Positions 1 to 10,155 of a stretch of 49,540 bases of DNA are shown here, one piece after another; the first letter of the stretch is position 1, and every line of letters starts with the position of its first letter. The position numbers were made by a program, and so were the translations under genes. The notes under the pieces are model-generated. The model searched no databases. It was not told the origin of the DNA and saw nothing but the letters and a program-made list of their open reading frames with translations. This stretch comes from Candidatus Microgenomates bacterium (GTDB lineage: Bacteria; Patescibacteriota; Microgenomatia; UBA8517): positions 1 to 49,540 of the forward strand of contig JADHUT010000004.1 in the NCBI GenBank assembly GCA_016784385.1, given 5' to 3'.

Positions 1-29
1 TTGATTCAGTTGCCAGTTTATTGCACTAA

Positions 30-1748
30 ATGAGATTAAAAATTTTAGCATTTCTTTTTGCACTAGCATTTCTAGCCGTCTCAGGACGGCTTTTTTACTG
101 GCAAGTTGTTAGAGGAGATGATTTGTCACAAGCTGCTTCGTATCAACACAATGATACAAGAGAGGTGGTAGCACCAAGAGGTGATATATATGCCTCTGAT
201 GGCTCATGGCTTGCAGTAATGAGGCAAAACTGGCTTGTTTTTGCAGAACTACCTAAGTTAACTGAAAACAAAGAAAAAGTTGCAGAGAAATTGTCTTCCA
301 TCTTGGCTGAAAAAGATGACAACAACGAGGTTTACAAACAAAACATATTAGATCTCACAGATCAAATATACAGCTCACTAACTAGAAAAGAAGTTGTCTG
401 GGTTCCTCTGAAGCACAAGGTTACTTCTCAACAAAAAAGCCAAATAGAAAAATTGGCAATAGAAGGAATTGGTTTTGAACCTGAAGACAGCCGCTTTTAT
501 CCAGAGGCTTCTTCATCTGCACAACTATTGGGATTTGTGGGAAAAGATGACGACGGGTTAGATACTGGATACTTTGGACTTGAGGGGTATTACGATATTG
601 CCCTTTCAGGAAAACCAGGATTTCTACTTCGACAAAAAGATGTGAGGGGTGCTCAAATTGTAGGTCAGGGTGTCTCTGAGATAAGCTCTTCTGCAGGAGC
701 TGACTTGGTTACCCATATTGACAAAAGAATTCAACTAACACTGGAAGAAAACCTTCAAGCTGGTTTGGAAAAATACGGAGCAAAACAAGTATCTGGAATT
801 ATAATGGATCCCAAAACTGGAGCCGTTTTGGCCATGGGGTCATACCCTTCATTTGACCCCAAAAAATACTTTGATTACAGCGATGAACTATTTAAAAACC
901 CAATAATATCGGATGTTTATGAGCCTGGGTCAGTATTTAAAATTATGGTTATGGCAGCAGGACTGGATTCGGGTGCAGTAGACATTGATACAAAATGTGA
1001 TATTTGTGGAGAACCTTTAAAGGTAGATAAATACTATATAAAAACCTGGAACAATGAATATACAGCTGATTCTACAATGACTGATGTAATAGTTCACTCC
1101 GACAATGTTGGTATGAGTTTTGTTGCACAAAAATTAGGTGCTGATCTTTTGTATGATTACTTAGATAAGTTTGGCATAGGACATATCAGTGGAGTTGATC
1201 TTCAGGGTGAGGTTACATCTCAAATGCGCGAAAAAGGAACATGGAATATTGTGGATCTTGCAACCACATCATTCGGACAGGGAATTTCAACCACTTCAAT
1301 GCAAATTATCACAGCAGTTGCAGCAATTGCTAATAAAGGAGTTATGATGCAACCCCAGGTGGTTGACAAGGTTAAAATTGAAGGCTGGGGAGAAGACATT
1401 AAACCTAAAGAAATTAGAAGAGTGATAAGCACCCAAGCTGCTTCAAAGATGACTACAATGATGGAAGAAGCTGCAAATAATGGAGAAGCCCAATGGACCA
1501 ACTTACCAGGATTTGGAGTTGCTGGTAAAACTGGTACCGCACAAATTCCTATTGCAGGCCATTACGATGAGGAAAAAACAATTGCAAGTTTTGTGGGATT
1601 TGCCCCCTCAACGGACCCTAAGTTTGTAATGTTGATTACCCTGAGAGAGCCACAAAGTTCTCCCTGGGCTAGTGAAACTGCGGCACCTCTTTGGTACTCA
1701 GTTGCAAGAGATCTTTTTACCTATTTTGGCATTCAGCCAGAGAATTAG
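30..1748 (+). CDS. ftsI: Class B penicillin-binding protein (FtsI/PBP2-type transpeptidase)
   Basis: N-terminal TM, PRGDIY dimerisation motif, catalytic SxxK (EPGSVFK), SxN (SDN), KTG (GKTGTAQ); heads the dcw cluster. Confidence 0.85.
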   Translation: MRLKILAFLFALAFLAVSGRLFYWQVVRGDDLSQAASYQHNDTREVVAPRGDIYASDGSWLAVMRQNWLVFAELPKLTENKEKVAEKLSSILAEKDDNNEVYKQNILDLTDQIYSSLTRKEVVWVPLKHKVTSQQKSQIEKLAIEGIGFEPEDSRFYPEASSSAQLLGFVGKDDDGLDTGYFGLEGYYDIALSGKPGFLLRQKDVRGAQIVGQGVSEISSSAGADLVTHIDKRIQLTLEENLQAGLEKYGAKQVSGIIMDPKTGAVLAMGSYPSFDPKKYFDYSDELFKNPIISDVYEPGSVFKIMVMAAGLDSGAVDIDTKCDICGEPLKVDKYYIKTWNNEYTADSTMTDVIVHSDNVGMSFVAQKLGADLLYDYLDKFGIGHISGVDLQGEVTSQMREKGTWNIVDLATTSFGQGISTTSMQIITAVAAIANKGVMMQPQVVDKVKIEGWGEDIKPKEIRRVISTQAASKMTTMMEEAANNGEAQWTNLPGFGVAGKTGTAQIPIAGHYDEEKTIASFVGFAPSTDPKFVMLITLREPQSSPWASETAAPLWYSVARDLFTYFGIQPEN

Positions 1749-1771
1749 GTATACTATACTGTATATAAATT

Positions 1772-3031
1772 ATGGCTAGATTTATTATTGAAGGAGGCAA
1801 AAAATTACAGGGTGAGATTAATTTATCGGGGAATAAAAATTCCGCGCTAAAACTTATCCCCGCAACCCTTCTTGCTGATTCCCCAACCACACTAACCAAT
1901 GTACCCAATATCCTCGATGTTGAGGTAATGATTAAAATTTTAAGCTCACTTGGAGCAAAAACTACATTTGAAAAAGGTACTCTAACAGTTGATCCTCAAG
2001 GTCTTAATTCATATGATCCTGATCCAGCGCTTTGCTCTCGAATTCGTGCCTCAGTAGTATTGGCAGCTCCCCTGCTAGCTCGTTTTGGTAAGGCTGTAGT
2101 AACACCTCCAGGAGGTGACCAGATAGGCGATAGGCTGCTTGATACCCACTTTACTATGATGGAGAAGTTGGGGGTCACTATAAAGAGGGAAAATGGGAGA
2201 TTTCACCTAAATTGGGACAGAAAAAATACAGGAAGTATTTTTTTGGAAGAAGCATCAGTTACTGCAACTGAGATGGGGTTGATGATGGCTTCCTCTATGG
2301 GGCAATCAGTTGAGATATTGGATGCAGCCGCTGAACCACACATAACAGATCTTGGTGAAATGTTGATTAGTATGGGAGCTAAAATTACAGGTCTTGGAAC
2401 AAACACCATAAGTGTTAGGGGTGGAAAACTAAAAGGAGTAGAGCACAAAGTTATGCCAGATCACATTGAAGGAGGAACTTTTGCAATAGCATCTGCAATT
2501 ACAGGAGGACATGTAACTATCAATGATTTTAGGTCCCAGGACTATAAAATGGCATTGCATTATTTTGAAAACATGGGGATGAAGTTTAAGGTTCACGAAA
2601 ATAAATTAGAGGTTTTTCCTTCTAAGTTAAAAGCTAATAGGCGTAAATTCCAAACTAGGCCATGGCCAGGTTTTCCAACTGACCTTATGAGTCCATTTAT
2701 AGTACTTGCTACCCAAACCGAAGGAACAATACTATGTCACGATTGGATGTATGAATGGAGAATGTTTTTTGTAGACGATTTAATCTCAATGGGGGCAAAT
2801 ATTTTCATTGCTGATCCACACAGAGTAATAGTGTCTGGCCCCACTAAGCTAATGGCTGATAGATTATTTTCAAAAGACATTCGGGCAGGAATTTCAGTAG
2901 TATTGGCTGCAATGATTGCAGAAGGAACTAGTATTATTGAAAATGCTGAAGTGGTAAGACGAGGATACCAAGATTTGGAAGGGAGATTGACTTCTCTTGG
3001 TGCTTCTATAAAACGAGTTGAAAATGATTAA
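1772..3031 (+). CDS. murA: UDP-N-acetylglucosamine 1-carboxyvinyltransferase
   Basis: SGNKNSAL, RASV, PGG(D)xIGxR, ASVTATE, PGFPTDL, DIRAG, RGY motifs. Confidence 0.97.
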   Translation: MARFIIEGGKKLQGEINLSGNKNSALKLIPATLLADSPTTLTNVPNILDVEVMIKILSSLGAKTTFEKGTLTVDPQGLNSYDPDPALCSRIRASVVLAAPLLARFGKAVVTPPGGDQIGDRLLDTHFTMMEKLGVTIKRENGRFHLNWDRKNTGSIFLEEASVTATEMGLMMASSMGQSVEILDAAAEPHITDLGEMLISMGAKITGLGTNTISVRGGKLKGVEHKVMPDHIEGGTFAIASAITGGHVTINDFRSQDYKMALHYFENMGMKFKVHENKLEVFPSKLKANRRKFQTRPWPGFPTDLMSPFIVLATQTEGTILCHDWMYEWRMFFVDDLISMGANIFIADPHRVIVSGPTKLMADRLFSKDIRAGISVVLAAMIAEGTSIIENAEVVRRGYQDLEGRLTSLGASIKRVEND

Positions 3032-4268
3032 AGGTATAACTTCTGATTCACGAAAAGTTAAGAAAGGATTTATTTTTGTGGCAATAAATGGCTATTCTGC
3101 TGACGGGCATGATTATATCAACCAAGCTATACACAACGGGGCTATTTTGGTAATTGGAGAAAAAAAGATTACAAAGAAACTAAAAAATGAAGTCCCCTAC
3201 AAAAAAGTAAAAGATTCGAGGGTAGAGTTGGGAAAAATTGCCTCTCAGTTTTACGAGTATCCTTCAAAAAAATTGATAGTAATTGGAGTTACTGGAACAA
3301 AAGGAAAAACCACCACGGCTCACATGATTCATGATATTTTAAACAAAAGTGGCCATAAAGCTGGCCTTATTTCTTCAATTTCTACAAAAGGTTATCATGT
3401 TACAACACCTGGGATAGTAGAGATTAACCAAAAGCTTTCTAAAATGGTCGATAATGGTTTTAAATACTGTGTTTTAGAAGTGTCATCACACGGGATAAAA
3501 CAAGGTAGAATAAGTGGAATTGAATTTGATACTACAGTTTTGACTAATATAAAGCCGGAACACTTGGATTATCACAAAACTTTTTCTGATTATAAAAAAA
3601 CAAAACTTAAATTTTTCAGAACTGGAAAAATACAAATTAAAAGTCCAAAAAAAACGAACATAAGTTTATTTCCTGGTGTGTTTAATAACATTAATGCAAC
3701 TACTGCTGTAATGGTTACCAAAAATTATGGCGTTTCTGAAGAAAAGGCAAAAAAACTACTCAGCTCATTTGAGCTGCCAAGAGGTAGGATGGAAGAAGTA
3801 ATAATTGCTGCAAACAAAAAGACAAACAAAGACATAAGGGTGTTTGTAGATTTTGCACACACACCAGATTCATTGGAAAAAGCTTTAACTTATCTGTCTT
3901 CTATTACTAAAGGGAGGTTGATATCTGTATTTGGATGTGCAGGAGAACGGGATAAACAAAAAAGACCCAAAATGGGTAAAATTGCCTCTGACTTGTCCAA
4001 TGTTGTAATTTTAACAGAAGAGGATTCGAGGTCAGAGGATGTCAATGATATAATAAAACAGATTAAAAAAGGTGTACCTAAAAATTTCAAAGAAATATAT
4101 GAAATTACAGATAGGAAAAAAGCTATACAAAAAGCAATAAGTTTAGCAAAGGCAGAGGATATAGTTGCACTTTTAGGAAAAGGTCATGAAAAATCAATGA
4201 ACCTGGATGGGAAACAAGAAATACCTTGGTCAGATCAAGAAGTAGTGAAAGAAATACTGAAAAGATAA
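3018..4268 (+). CDS. murE: UDP-MurNAc-tripeptide synthetase (shortened)
   Basis: DSRKV, GVTGTKGKTTT, EVSSHG, EHLDYH, DFAHTPD, FGCAGERD, GKGHE motifs. Confidence 0.93.
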   Translation: MKMIKGITSDSRKVKKGFIFVAINGYSADGHDYINQAIHNGAILVIGEKKITKKLKNEVPYKKVKDSRVELGKIASQFYEYPSKKLIVIGVTGTKGKTTTAHMIHDILNKSGHKAGLISSISTKGYHVTTPGIVEINQKLSKMVDNGFKYCVLEVSSHGIKQGRISGIEFDTTVLTNIKPEHLDYHKTFSDYKKTKLKFFRTGKIQIKSPKKTNISLFPGVFNNINATTAVMVTKNYGVSEEKAKKLLSSFELPRGRMEEVIIAANKKTNKDIRVFVDFAHTPDSLEKALTYLSSITKGRLISVFGCAGERDKQKRPKMGKIASDLSNVVILTEEDSRSEDVNDIIKQIKKGVPKNFKEIYEITDRKKAIQKAISLAKAEDIVALLGKGHEKSMNLDGKQEIPWSDQEVVKEILKR

Positions 4269-4276
4269 AAATAAAA

Positions 4277-5476
4277 ATGAACTATCAAGTTGTCATACTA
4301 GCCGGAGGAGAGTCTTCTAGGTTTACACCTTTTAACAATTTACATAAAAGTTTTTTTAAACTTGGGGGAAAAAGTATTATTCAAAGAACACTTTCAGACA
4401 TACTCGACAATTTAGAAATGGAAGTAATATTGGTTTTAGGTTCAAAGAATTTTGAGAAGGAAAAATCTATTATTGAAAGTTATGGTTATGGTAAAAAAAT
4501 TACATGTGTAAAACAAAATGAATCTTTAGGTCAAGGGAATGCAATATTGTCAGCAAAAGATAATGTAAATGGAGACTTTTTTGTAATAAATGCACAACAA
4601 TTTAATTTTTCCAAAATTTCAGATAATTTTGTAAAAACTTTTGAAAGTAAAAAATTTGAAGCTCTTGTTGGAAGCCAGAAGACAAGTGAGCCCTGGAAAT
4701 ACGGAATTTTGTACAAGAATGAAAATAATGTCATAGGTGTAGTTGAAAAACCGAAAAAAGGTACAGAGCCTTCTGCGACAAGGATAGTTGGTGTATATTT
4801 ATTCTCTAAAGTTTTTTTGGGTGAGTTGGAAAATACAAAACAGTCCGAATATAGCTTGGAAAAGGCTCTGGATTTGACTTCTAAAAAGTCTAGATTGGGA
4901 GATGTAACAATAAGTGATGCAGTTCCTAGTTTGAAATATCCTTGGGATTTATTGAAGATCAAAGATATTTTCCTGAAAGATTTAAGGGGAATAGATAAAA
5001 GTGCAGAAGTTGCAAAAACTGCAACAATAAAAGGAGAAGTTTACATAGGAAAGAATACGAAAGTTTGTGATTACGCATTAATAGAAGGACCTGTGTATAT
5101 AGGTGAGAATGTAGTTGTTGGTTCTTATTCTCAAGTTAGGGGTGGCAGTGTTTTGGAAGAAGGTTCGGTCCTACAAAGATATGTTGATGTTAAAAACTCA
5201 ATAATTGGAGAACAAACATCGATACATTCTGGCTTTATCGGCGATAGTGTTGTGGGTAAAAATGTAAAGATAGGTGCGGGATTTATTTCTGCCAATAAGA
5301 GATTTGATAGGCGAAATATATCAGTAGAAGTTAAAAACAAAAAAGTCGACAGTGGAATAAATGGTCTCGGAGTGCTGGTTGGTGATGAAAGCAATATAGG
5401 TATAAGAGTTTCGACGATGCCTGGAACACTTATTAAGTATAATAGTAAAATATTTCCCGGAGAGATTGTTAAATGA
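4277..5476 (+). CDS. Bifunctional sugar-1-phosphate nucleotidyltransferase/acetyltransferase (GlmU-like, archaeal-type layout)
   Basis: ILAGGESSRF, VEKP and YPWDLL motifs followed by hexapeptide left-handed beta-helix repeats; start moved to ATG 4277. Confidence 0.8.
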   Translation: MNYQVVILAGGESSRFTPFNNLHKSFFKLGGKSIIQRTLSDILDNLEMEVILVLGSKNFEKEKSIIESYGYGKKITCVKQNESLGQGNAILSAKDNVNGDFFVINAQQFNFSKISDNFVKTFESKKFEALVGSQKTSEPWKYGILYKNENNVIGVVEKPKKGTEPSATRIVGVYLFSKVFLGELENTKQSEYSLEKALDLTSKKSRLGDVTISDAVPSLKYPWDLLKIKDIFLKDLRGIDKSAEVAKTATIKGEVYIGKNTKVCDYALIEGPVYIGENVVVGSYSQVRGGSVLEEGSVLQRYVDVKNSIIGEQTSIHSGFIGDSVVGKNVKIGAGFISANKRFDRRNISVEVKNKKVDSGINGLGVLVGDESNIGIRVSTMPGTLIKYNSKIFPGEIVK

Positions 5477-5907
5477 ATTCTCAAAAAAAAATAATACTTG
5501 TTGATCTTGATCATACATTGTATGAGGTTGATTCCGGTAATTTGTATCCTGATGCTATTGATTTTGTTAAATTTGCACAAAAGCAAAATGAAACATATCT
5601 ATTTACCGAAGGGGATCACAATTTTCAAAAAAACAAGATAGAAAAGACAGGATTAGACAAAATCTTTGGTAAAAATATAAGAATTTATGATGAATTTCTA
5701 AAAATTGAAAACTCAAAAAAGGAGTTTTCAGATAAAGATGTGATACTCATAGACGATAAACCACTTGTAATAGATGGAGCGATATCTTTAGGATGGGAAA
5801 CAATACGTATAAAAAGAGGACGATATAAAAATAAAGACAGTCAATTGAAACCAAATAATACAGTGAAAGATCTACAAACCATTGTTTCTGGCAATTTATT
5901 GCTATAA
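5473..5907 (+). CDS. HAD-superfamily hydrolase
   Basis: DLDHTL motif I, IDDK motif IV; ATGA-type overlap with the upstream gene. Confidence 0.8.
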   Translation: MNSQKKIILVDLDHTLYEVDSGNLYPDAIDFVKFAQKQNETYLFTEGDHNFQKNKIEKTGLDKIFGKNIRIYDEFLKIENSKKEFSDKDVILIDDKPLVIDGAISLGWETIRIKRGRYKNKDSQLKPNNTVKDLQTIVSGNLLL

Positions 5908-5914
5908 TAACAAC

Positions 5915-6922
5915 ATGTCAAATAAAAAATATAATCAAAAAATAGTAACCATAGGAGGGGGTACTGGGCAGTTCCATCTTTTAGCAGGACTTCGTGAATT
6001 AAACGAAAATGAGTCAATTACTGCAGTTGCAGGAACTTGGGATAGTGGTGGAAGCTCTGGTCGGCTTCGTACTGAACTTGGAGTTTTACCCCCTGGGGAC
6101 ATAAGGCGTTGTATTTTGGCACTTATGCCAGGTGAAAAACAAAGGATGGTTGCACAAACCCTTTTTGATGATAGGTTGGAAGATATGACCGGGCCCATGA
6201 AAGGCCACTCTTTTGGGAACCTCCTTACAGCAAGGCTTGAGAATATTTATAAAGGTCAAGATAGGGGGATTGATGCCGAAAGAGAACTATTTAATGTAAA
6301 AGCAAATGTTATGCCCGTTAGTATTACTCATGTTGATTTGATTGCTGAAACCTCCAAAGGCAATAAAATTATAGGAGAAACAAATATTGACACAAGAGTA
6401 AAAGACAAAGATTATGATAAAAGTGACAGAATAGTTCGTATTTATTTTGACACAAGAGCAGACGCCAACTTGGAGGTCATAAAACAAATTGAAGAAGCTG
6501 ATAAAATTGTTTTTTCGGCAGGAGATCTTTATACAAGCATACTCCCTCATCTATTAGTAGATGGTGTTAGGGAAGTCATATCAAGATCAAAGGCAAAACT
6601 TATATATATATTGAATTTAGCCACTAAACCAGGTGAAACAGATAATTACAAAGCCTCAGAATTTTTGAAAAATTTTCTTTTCTATTTAGATATTCCCGGA
6701 AGGTTGGATTACATTGTAGCAAATGACAACCATCTCGAAAAAGAAATACTAGATATTTATAAAGGGGAAGGGCAGAATTTAGTGGAAGTTGATGAAGAAA
6801 AGATAAAAAAAATGGAGCCCCATGCAAAAATTGTTAAAAAACCAGTTTCAACCTACCTTCGAAAAGAACATCTACTTCGTCATAATTCAAAAAAACTTGC
6901 CCTAGCTATTTTGGAGTTGTAA
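5915..6922 (+). CDS. YvcK/GlmR (UPF0052, CofD-like) protein
   Basis: GGGTG, DSGGSSGRLR, PPGDIR, GHSFGNL, GDLYTSILP, LRH motifs; ATG 5915 lies 6 nt after TGcTATAAT. Confidence 0.92.
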   Translation: MSNKKYNQKIVTIGGGTGQFHLLAGLRELNENESITAVAGTWDSGGSSGRLRTELGVLPPGDIRRCILALMPGEKQRMVAQTLFDDRLEDMTGPMKGHSFGNLLTARLENIYKGQDRGIDAERELFNVKANVMPVSITHVDLIAETSKGNKIIGETNIDTRVKDKDYDKSDRIVRIYFDTRADANLEVIKQIEEADKIVFSAGDLYTSILPHLLVDGVREVISRSKAKLIYILNLATKPGETDNYKASEFLKNFLFYLDIPGRLDYIVANDNHLEKEILDIYKGEGQNLVEVDEEKIKKMEPHAKIVKKPVSTYLRKEHLLRHNSKKLALAILEL

Positions 6923-7777
6923 TCTATCAAGTTCATTCTGCATTTTTTGTTCCATGTCTCTAGCCAAATCTTTTATGTTCCCCAAATCTTTTTGTGTTAC
7001 CGTAAATGGTTCCAGGATAGATAATTTATAACCTGATTCAGGGTCAAAATATTGACATATTGGGACAATTGGTACTCCAGTTCTTTGTGCTACAACGAAT
7101 GCTCCAGAATGGAAAGGATCAAGATTGTATGGCCCTCCTTCAGATCTTTTCCCAGAAGTTCCACCTTCAGGATACATTACTATTGCTGTTGGAGAATCGA
7201 GAAACTTTTTTTGAGTGTCTTGGATTAGAGTTTCTGTTTTACCAACCCCCAATGTTGCAACTGTTATTACACCACAAGCTTTTTGGATATCAAGTAGTTT
7301 TCTTGGCAATTTCACAGCTGTCTCAACAAGTGTGGCACCCAACTCATCAGTTATTTTCTTAAGAGGTGCGTGTCTAAGTGGAAATGGTTCGAATTTGTCC
7401 ATGTTTACATCTAGGGTTCTGTCTTTATTGCTGATGGGTATCAGTTTTATTGCTCCAAGATGATTTGTTACAATAATGATATTTATTTTTTTTAATTGTG
7501 TTAATTCCTCTTTTCCATAGACTATTTGAGTGGAAGATTCGTTATTGAGTTTTTCTAAAAGTTTTATGTACTCATCCATGATATGGTCGGGCTTGTCTAA
7601 ATTTTCAAAAGCATTGGTAAAAAAATCTTGTTGGAATGAATGCAATTTTTTAAAAGTTTTTTTTGCAATCTGTGTTGACAAAACTTCATCTTGTAGTTTT
7701 GTAATAATAGCGATTTCTTTAGGGTCGTCTATTTGTGGTTGTCTAGATAGTGTTGAATCCATGCTTTTTGTTTCCAT
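6902..7777 (-). CDS. PlsC-like phospholipid/glycerol acyltransferase
   Basis: VTNH, YPEGG, FHSGAFVVA and VPIVP blocks; the HX4D aspartate is not evident. Confidence 0.65.
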   Translation of the reverse strand: METKSMDSTLSRQPQIDDPKEIAIITKLQDEVLSTQIAKKTFKKLHSFQQDFFTNAFENLDKPDHIMDEYIKLLEKLNNESSTQIVYGKEELTQLKKINIIIVTNHLGAIKLIPISNKDRTLDVNMDKFEPFPLRHAPLKKITDELGATLVETAVKLPRKLLDIQKACGVITVATLGVGKTETLIQDTQKKFLDSPTAIVMYPEGGTSGKRSEGGPYNLDPFHSGAFVVAQRTGVPIVPICQYFDPESGYKLSILEPFTVTQKDLGNIKDLARDMEQKMQNELDRLQLQNS

Positions 7778-8100
7778 TATTTTACATTTTTGACTTTTTT
7801 CATTATACCAAACATAGGATGAGCGCCATCTCTCTCGGTAATTGTTTGAGGGAACCCCGGAGCTGATACTGGGTTTATAAATAATTCTTCACTTCCATTT
7901 TCAGCAGATAATGCGTAGTGTACACCTTTCCCTTTTCTTGCCTTTGGGTGTGCAAGAAAATTGATTGTCGTATCGGGAAATTCTTGTTTAAGTTTAGAAC
8001 CGAGGTCTATTGTTACATTTCTGCAATCTTGATAAGCTGTAAAATTCTCATTCTCTTGTAATAGTTGACGAGTTCTTTGTGCAATTTCTTTTAAACCCAT
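7777..8100 (-). CDS. Hypothetical protein
   Basis: 107-aa ORF coupled to the next gene by a TAATG-type overlap; TAAAAT 5 nt upstream of ATG. Confidence 0.6.
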   Translation of the reverse strand: MGLKEIAQRTRQLLQENENFTAYQDCRNVTIDLGSKLKQEFPDTTINFLAHPKARKGKGVHYALSAENGSEELFINPVSAPGFPQTITERDGAHPMFGIMKKVKNVK

Positions 8101-8108
8101 AAGGTATT

Positions 8109-9848
8109 TTACTTTACAGTTACGCTTTTAGCTATATTTCTTGGTTTGTCTACATTATTTTTAAGATAAACAGCCATATAGTAGGCAATAAGCTGAAGTG
8201 GTACTGTATTTAAAATTGCACTTACTTCACCTGTGTCGGGTAGTTTTGGAAGTTTAATAATTTCAGCACCTCTTGCTTTTATTTCATTTATGGCATTTTC
8301 AACATCTCCCGAAACTGCATCATTGGAAACAACTGGAATTATGGGAACCCCAGCTTCCATTAGTGTTATGGCGTAGTGTTTTAAATCTCCTGCAGGTATT
8401 GCGTGTGCATGAACATAACTTCCTTCAATAATTTTTACCATTCCTTCTTTGATGATTTGTAGGTTTTGACCTTTTCCAAGAAGGAAGATATGTTTTTTCT
8501 TTGACAACTTTTTAGCAATTTTTTTGATTTGGCTTAAGAAATCTTTGTTATTTAATACTTTTCTCATTTCTTTAGCCAGTATTTTCAAATTTATAACTCC
8601 TTGGTCGTATTTTTCTTGAGTATTTTTTGCTACTAAATATCCAAATGCAATTTGGCTTATAAACACTTTTGTAGACATAACACAAATTTCAGCACCTGCA
8701 TTTGCCATGAATGAAATATCGCTTATTTTTGTAATCAAGCTTCCCGGCATGTTTACATATGAGGCAACTTTAACTCCTTTTTTCTTTGCCATCTCTAAAA
8801 TTTCTAGAACATCTGCGGTTTCACCGCTTTGAGAAGGAGCAATAATTAGATCTTCTTTGGAAAATAGTGGTAGATATTCAGTGCATTCGGCGCCAATTAA
8901 ACCTATGGCGTTTACCCCTGCATATGTTCTCAAATAGTAAGCCATTTGGAATGCAGCTGCCCCGGCCGTACCAGAACCCATACAATATACATTTTTGGAT
9001 TTTTTAATTAGTTTGGATAGTTTTTCGAGCTTTCTTTTATCTTGTTTTATAACTTCCTCAATAGCGCTTGGTTGGTCAAAAATTTCTTTTATCATGAAGT
9101 GATTAAATTTACCCTTTCCTTCATTTTTTTGAGTAATACCATTTTTTACTTTTAAAAGTGGCAAGTTTTTTCCTGTTTTTACATTTTTTATTGTCAACAT
9201 ATTTTTTGAATAAATGGCCATTTGACCATTGTCTAGTGTTATTGTTTTTTCGACATATGGGGAAAAGGAAAGTGTATCTGATGAAAAATAAAATTCCTTT
9301 TTGTCTTTAGAAAACCCTAAAACTAGTGGGGAACCGTTTCTAACAGCAATAATTTGACCATCTTTAGTCAAAATTATTACAGTGTTTCTACCCTTTAGCT
9401 TATTAAAAGCAGATCTAGTAGCCTTTATGATATCTTTTTCTTTTTTAAGTTCCTCTTCAATCAAACGAACAATGACTTCTGTATCTGTTTGGCTTATAAA
9501 TTTGTAATTTTTTTGAAATAAATTTTGTTTTACACTGGAATAGTTTTCCATTATTCCGTTTTGAGCCAATACAAATGAACCATCTGATGAAAAATGGGGA
9601 TGTGCGTTAGTGTCCGTTACTGATCCATGTGTAGCCCATCTGGTATGTCCGACAGAAATACTACTTTTAGGAAGTTTTGAAAGTTTTTTGTTTACAGTTC
9701 CTGTATGTTTATCAAGTAAAATTTTTTTGTTTTGCAAAACAGCAACACCCCAACTATCGTATCCACGATAATCAAGGCGTTTCAAACCTTCAAAAACCGC
9801 AGAAGTTGCGTCGCGACGACTACCAATATAGCCAAATATTCCACACAT
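8109..9848 (-). CDS. glmS: Glutamine-fructose-6-phosphate transaminase
   Basis: MCGIFG, LDYRGYDS, GHTRWATHG, TDTEV, SQSGETAD, DLKH, C-terminal PRNIAKSVTV. Confidence 0.98.
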   Translation of the reverse strand: MCGIFGYIGSRRDATSAVFEGLKRLDYRGYDSWGVAVLQNKKILLDKHTGTVNKKLSKLPKSSISVGHTRWATHGSVTDTNAHPHFSSDGSFVLAQNGIMENYSSVKQNLFQKNYKFISQTDTEVIVRLIEEELKKEKDIIKATRSAFNKLKGRNTVIILTKDGQIIAVRNGSPLVLGFSKDKKEFYFSSDTLSFSPYVEKTITLDNGQMAIYSKNMLTIKNVKTGKNLPLLKVKNGITQKNEGKGKFNHFMIKEIFDQPSAIEEVIKQDKRKLEKLSKLIKKSKNVYCMGSGTAGAAAFQMAYYLRTYAGVNAIGLIGAECTEYLPLFSKEDLIIAPSQSGETADVLEILEMAKKKGVKVASYVNMPGSLITKISDISFMANAGAEICVMSTKVFISQIAFGYLVAKNTQEKYDQGVINLKILAKEMRKVLNNKDFLSQIKKIAKKLSKKKHIFLLGKGQNLQIIKEGMVKIIEGSYVHAHAIPAGDLKHYAITLMEAGVPIIPVVSNDAVSGDVENAINEIKARGAEIIKLPKLPDTGEVSAILNTVPLQLIAYYMAVYLKNNVDKPRNIAKSVTVK

Positions 9849-9886
9849 ATATTATTTTTTATAAAGCAGATTTTTTTTGAAGAAAG

Positions 9887-10067
9887 TATTAACTGGAATA
9901 GTTCTTTGCTTCCTTTTTTTACAAAAAGGTTTTAAAACTAATTCTCACGACATTAATATGCCGGCAGGTTTCCGCAGATACTCCCTGATTAATTTCAGGG
10001 GCCCGATTGTTTGACATATAGCCAAACCCTGCTTCCTCGTATCCCCATTTTCGTGGGGCCACACGCT
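9887..10067 (-). ncRNA. glmS ribozyme (GlcN6P-activated self-cleaving riboswitch), variant
   Basis: Minus strand: A/GCGUGUGG cleavage motif; P1 CCCCA/UGGGG; ACGAGG; P2 GCAGG/CCUGC; AUCG; AUCUGCGG; P3 CGGCAU/AUGUCG; P4 GAAUUAGUUUU/AGAACUAUUC; P4.1 CCUUUUU-GUAA-AAAAAGG; P3.1 pseudoknot UAUUAA/UUAAUA; lies in the glmS 5' UTR. Confidence 0.9.
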
Positions 10068-10111
10068 CTAAAAAACTTAAACTTTCTTCATTTCAAACTG
10101 CTCTATTGTCA

Positions 10112-10141
10112 ATTCTATTTGTTCTTCTGTCTCTTTGTCAA
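10112..10141 (-). promoter_or_regulatory. Sigma70-type promoter for the glmS leader
   Basis: TTGACA-18 nt-TAGAAT on the minus strand, just upstream of the ribozyme. Confidence 0.65.
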
Positions 10142-10155
10142 CAAATAATAGTAAT

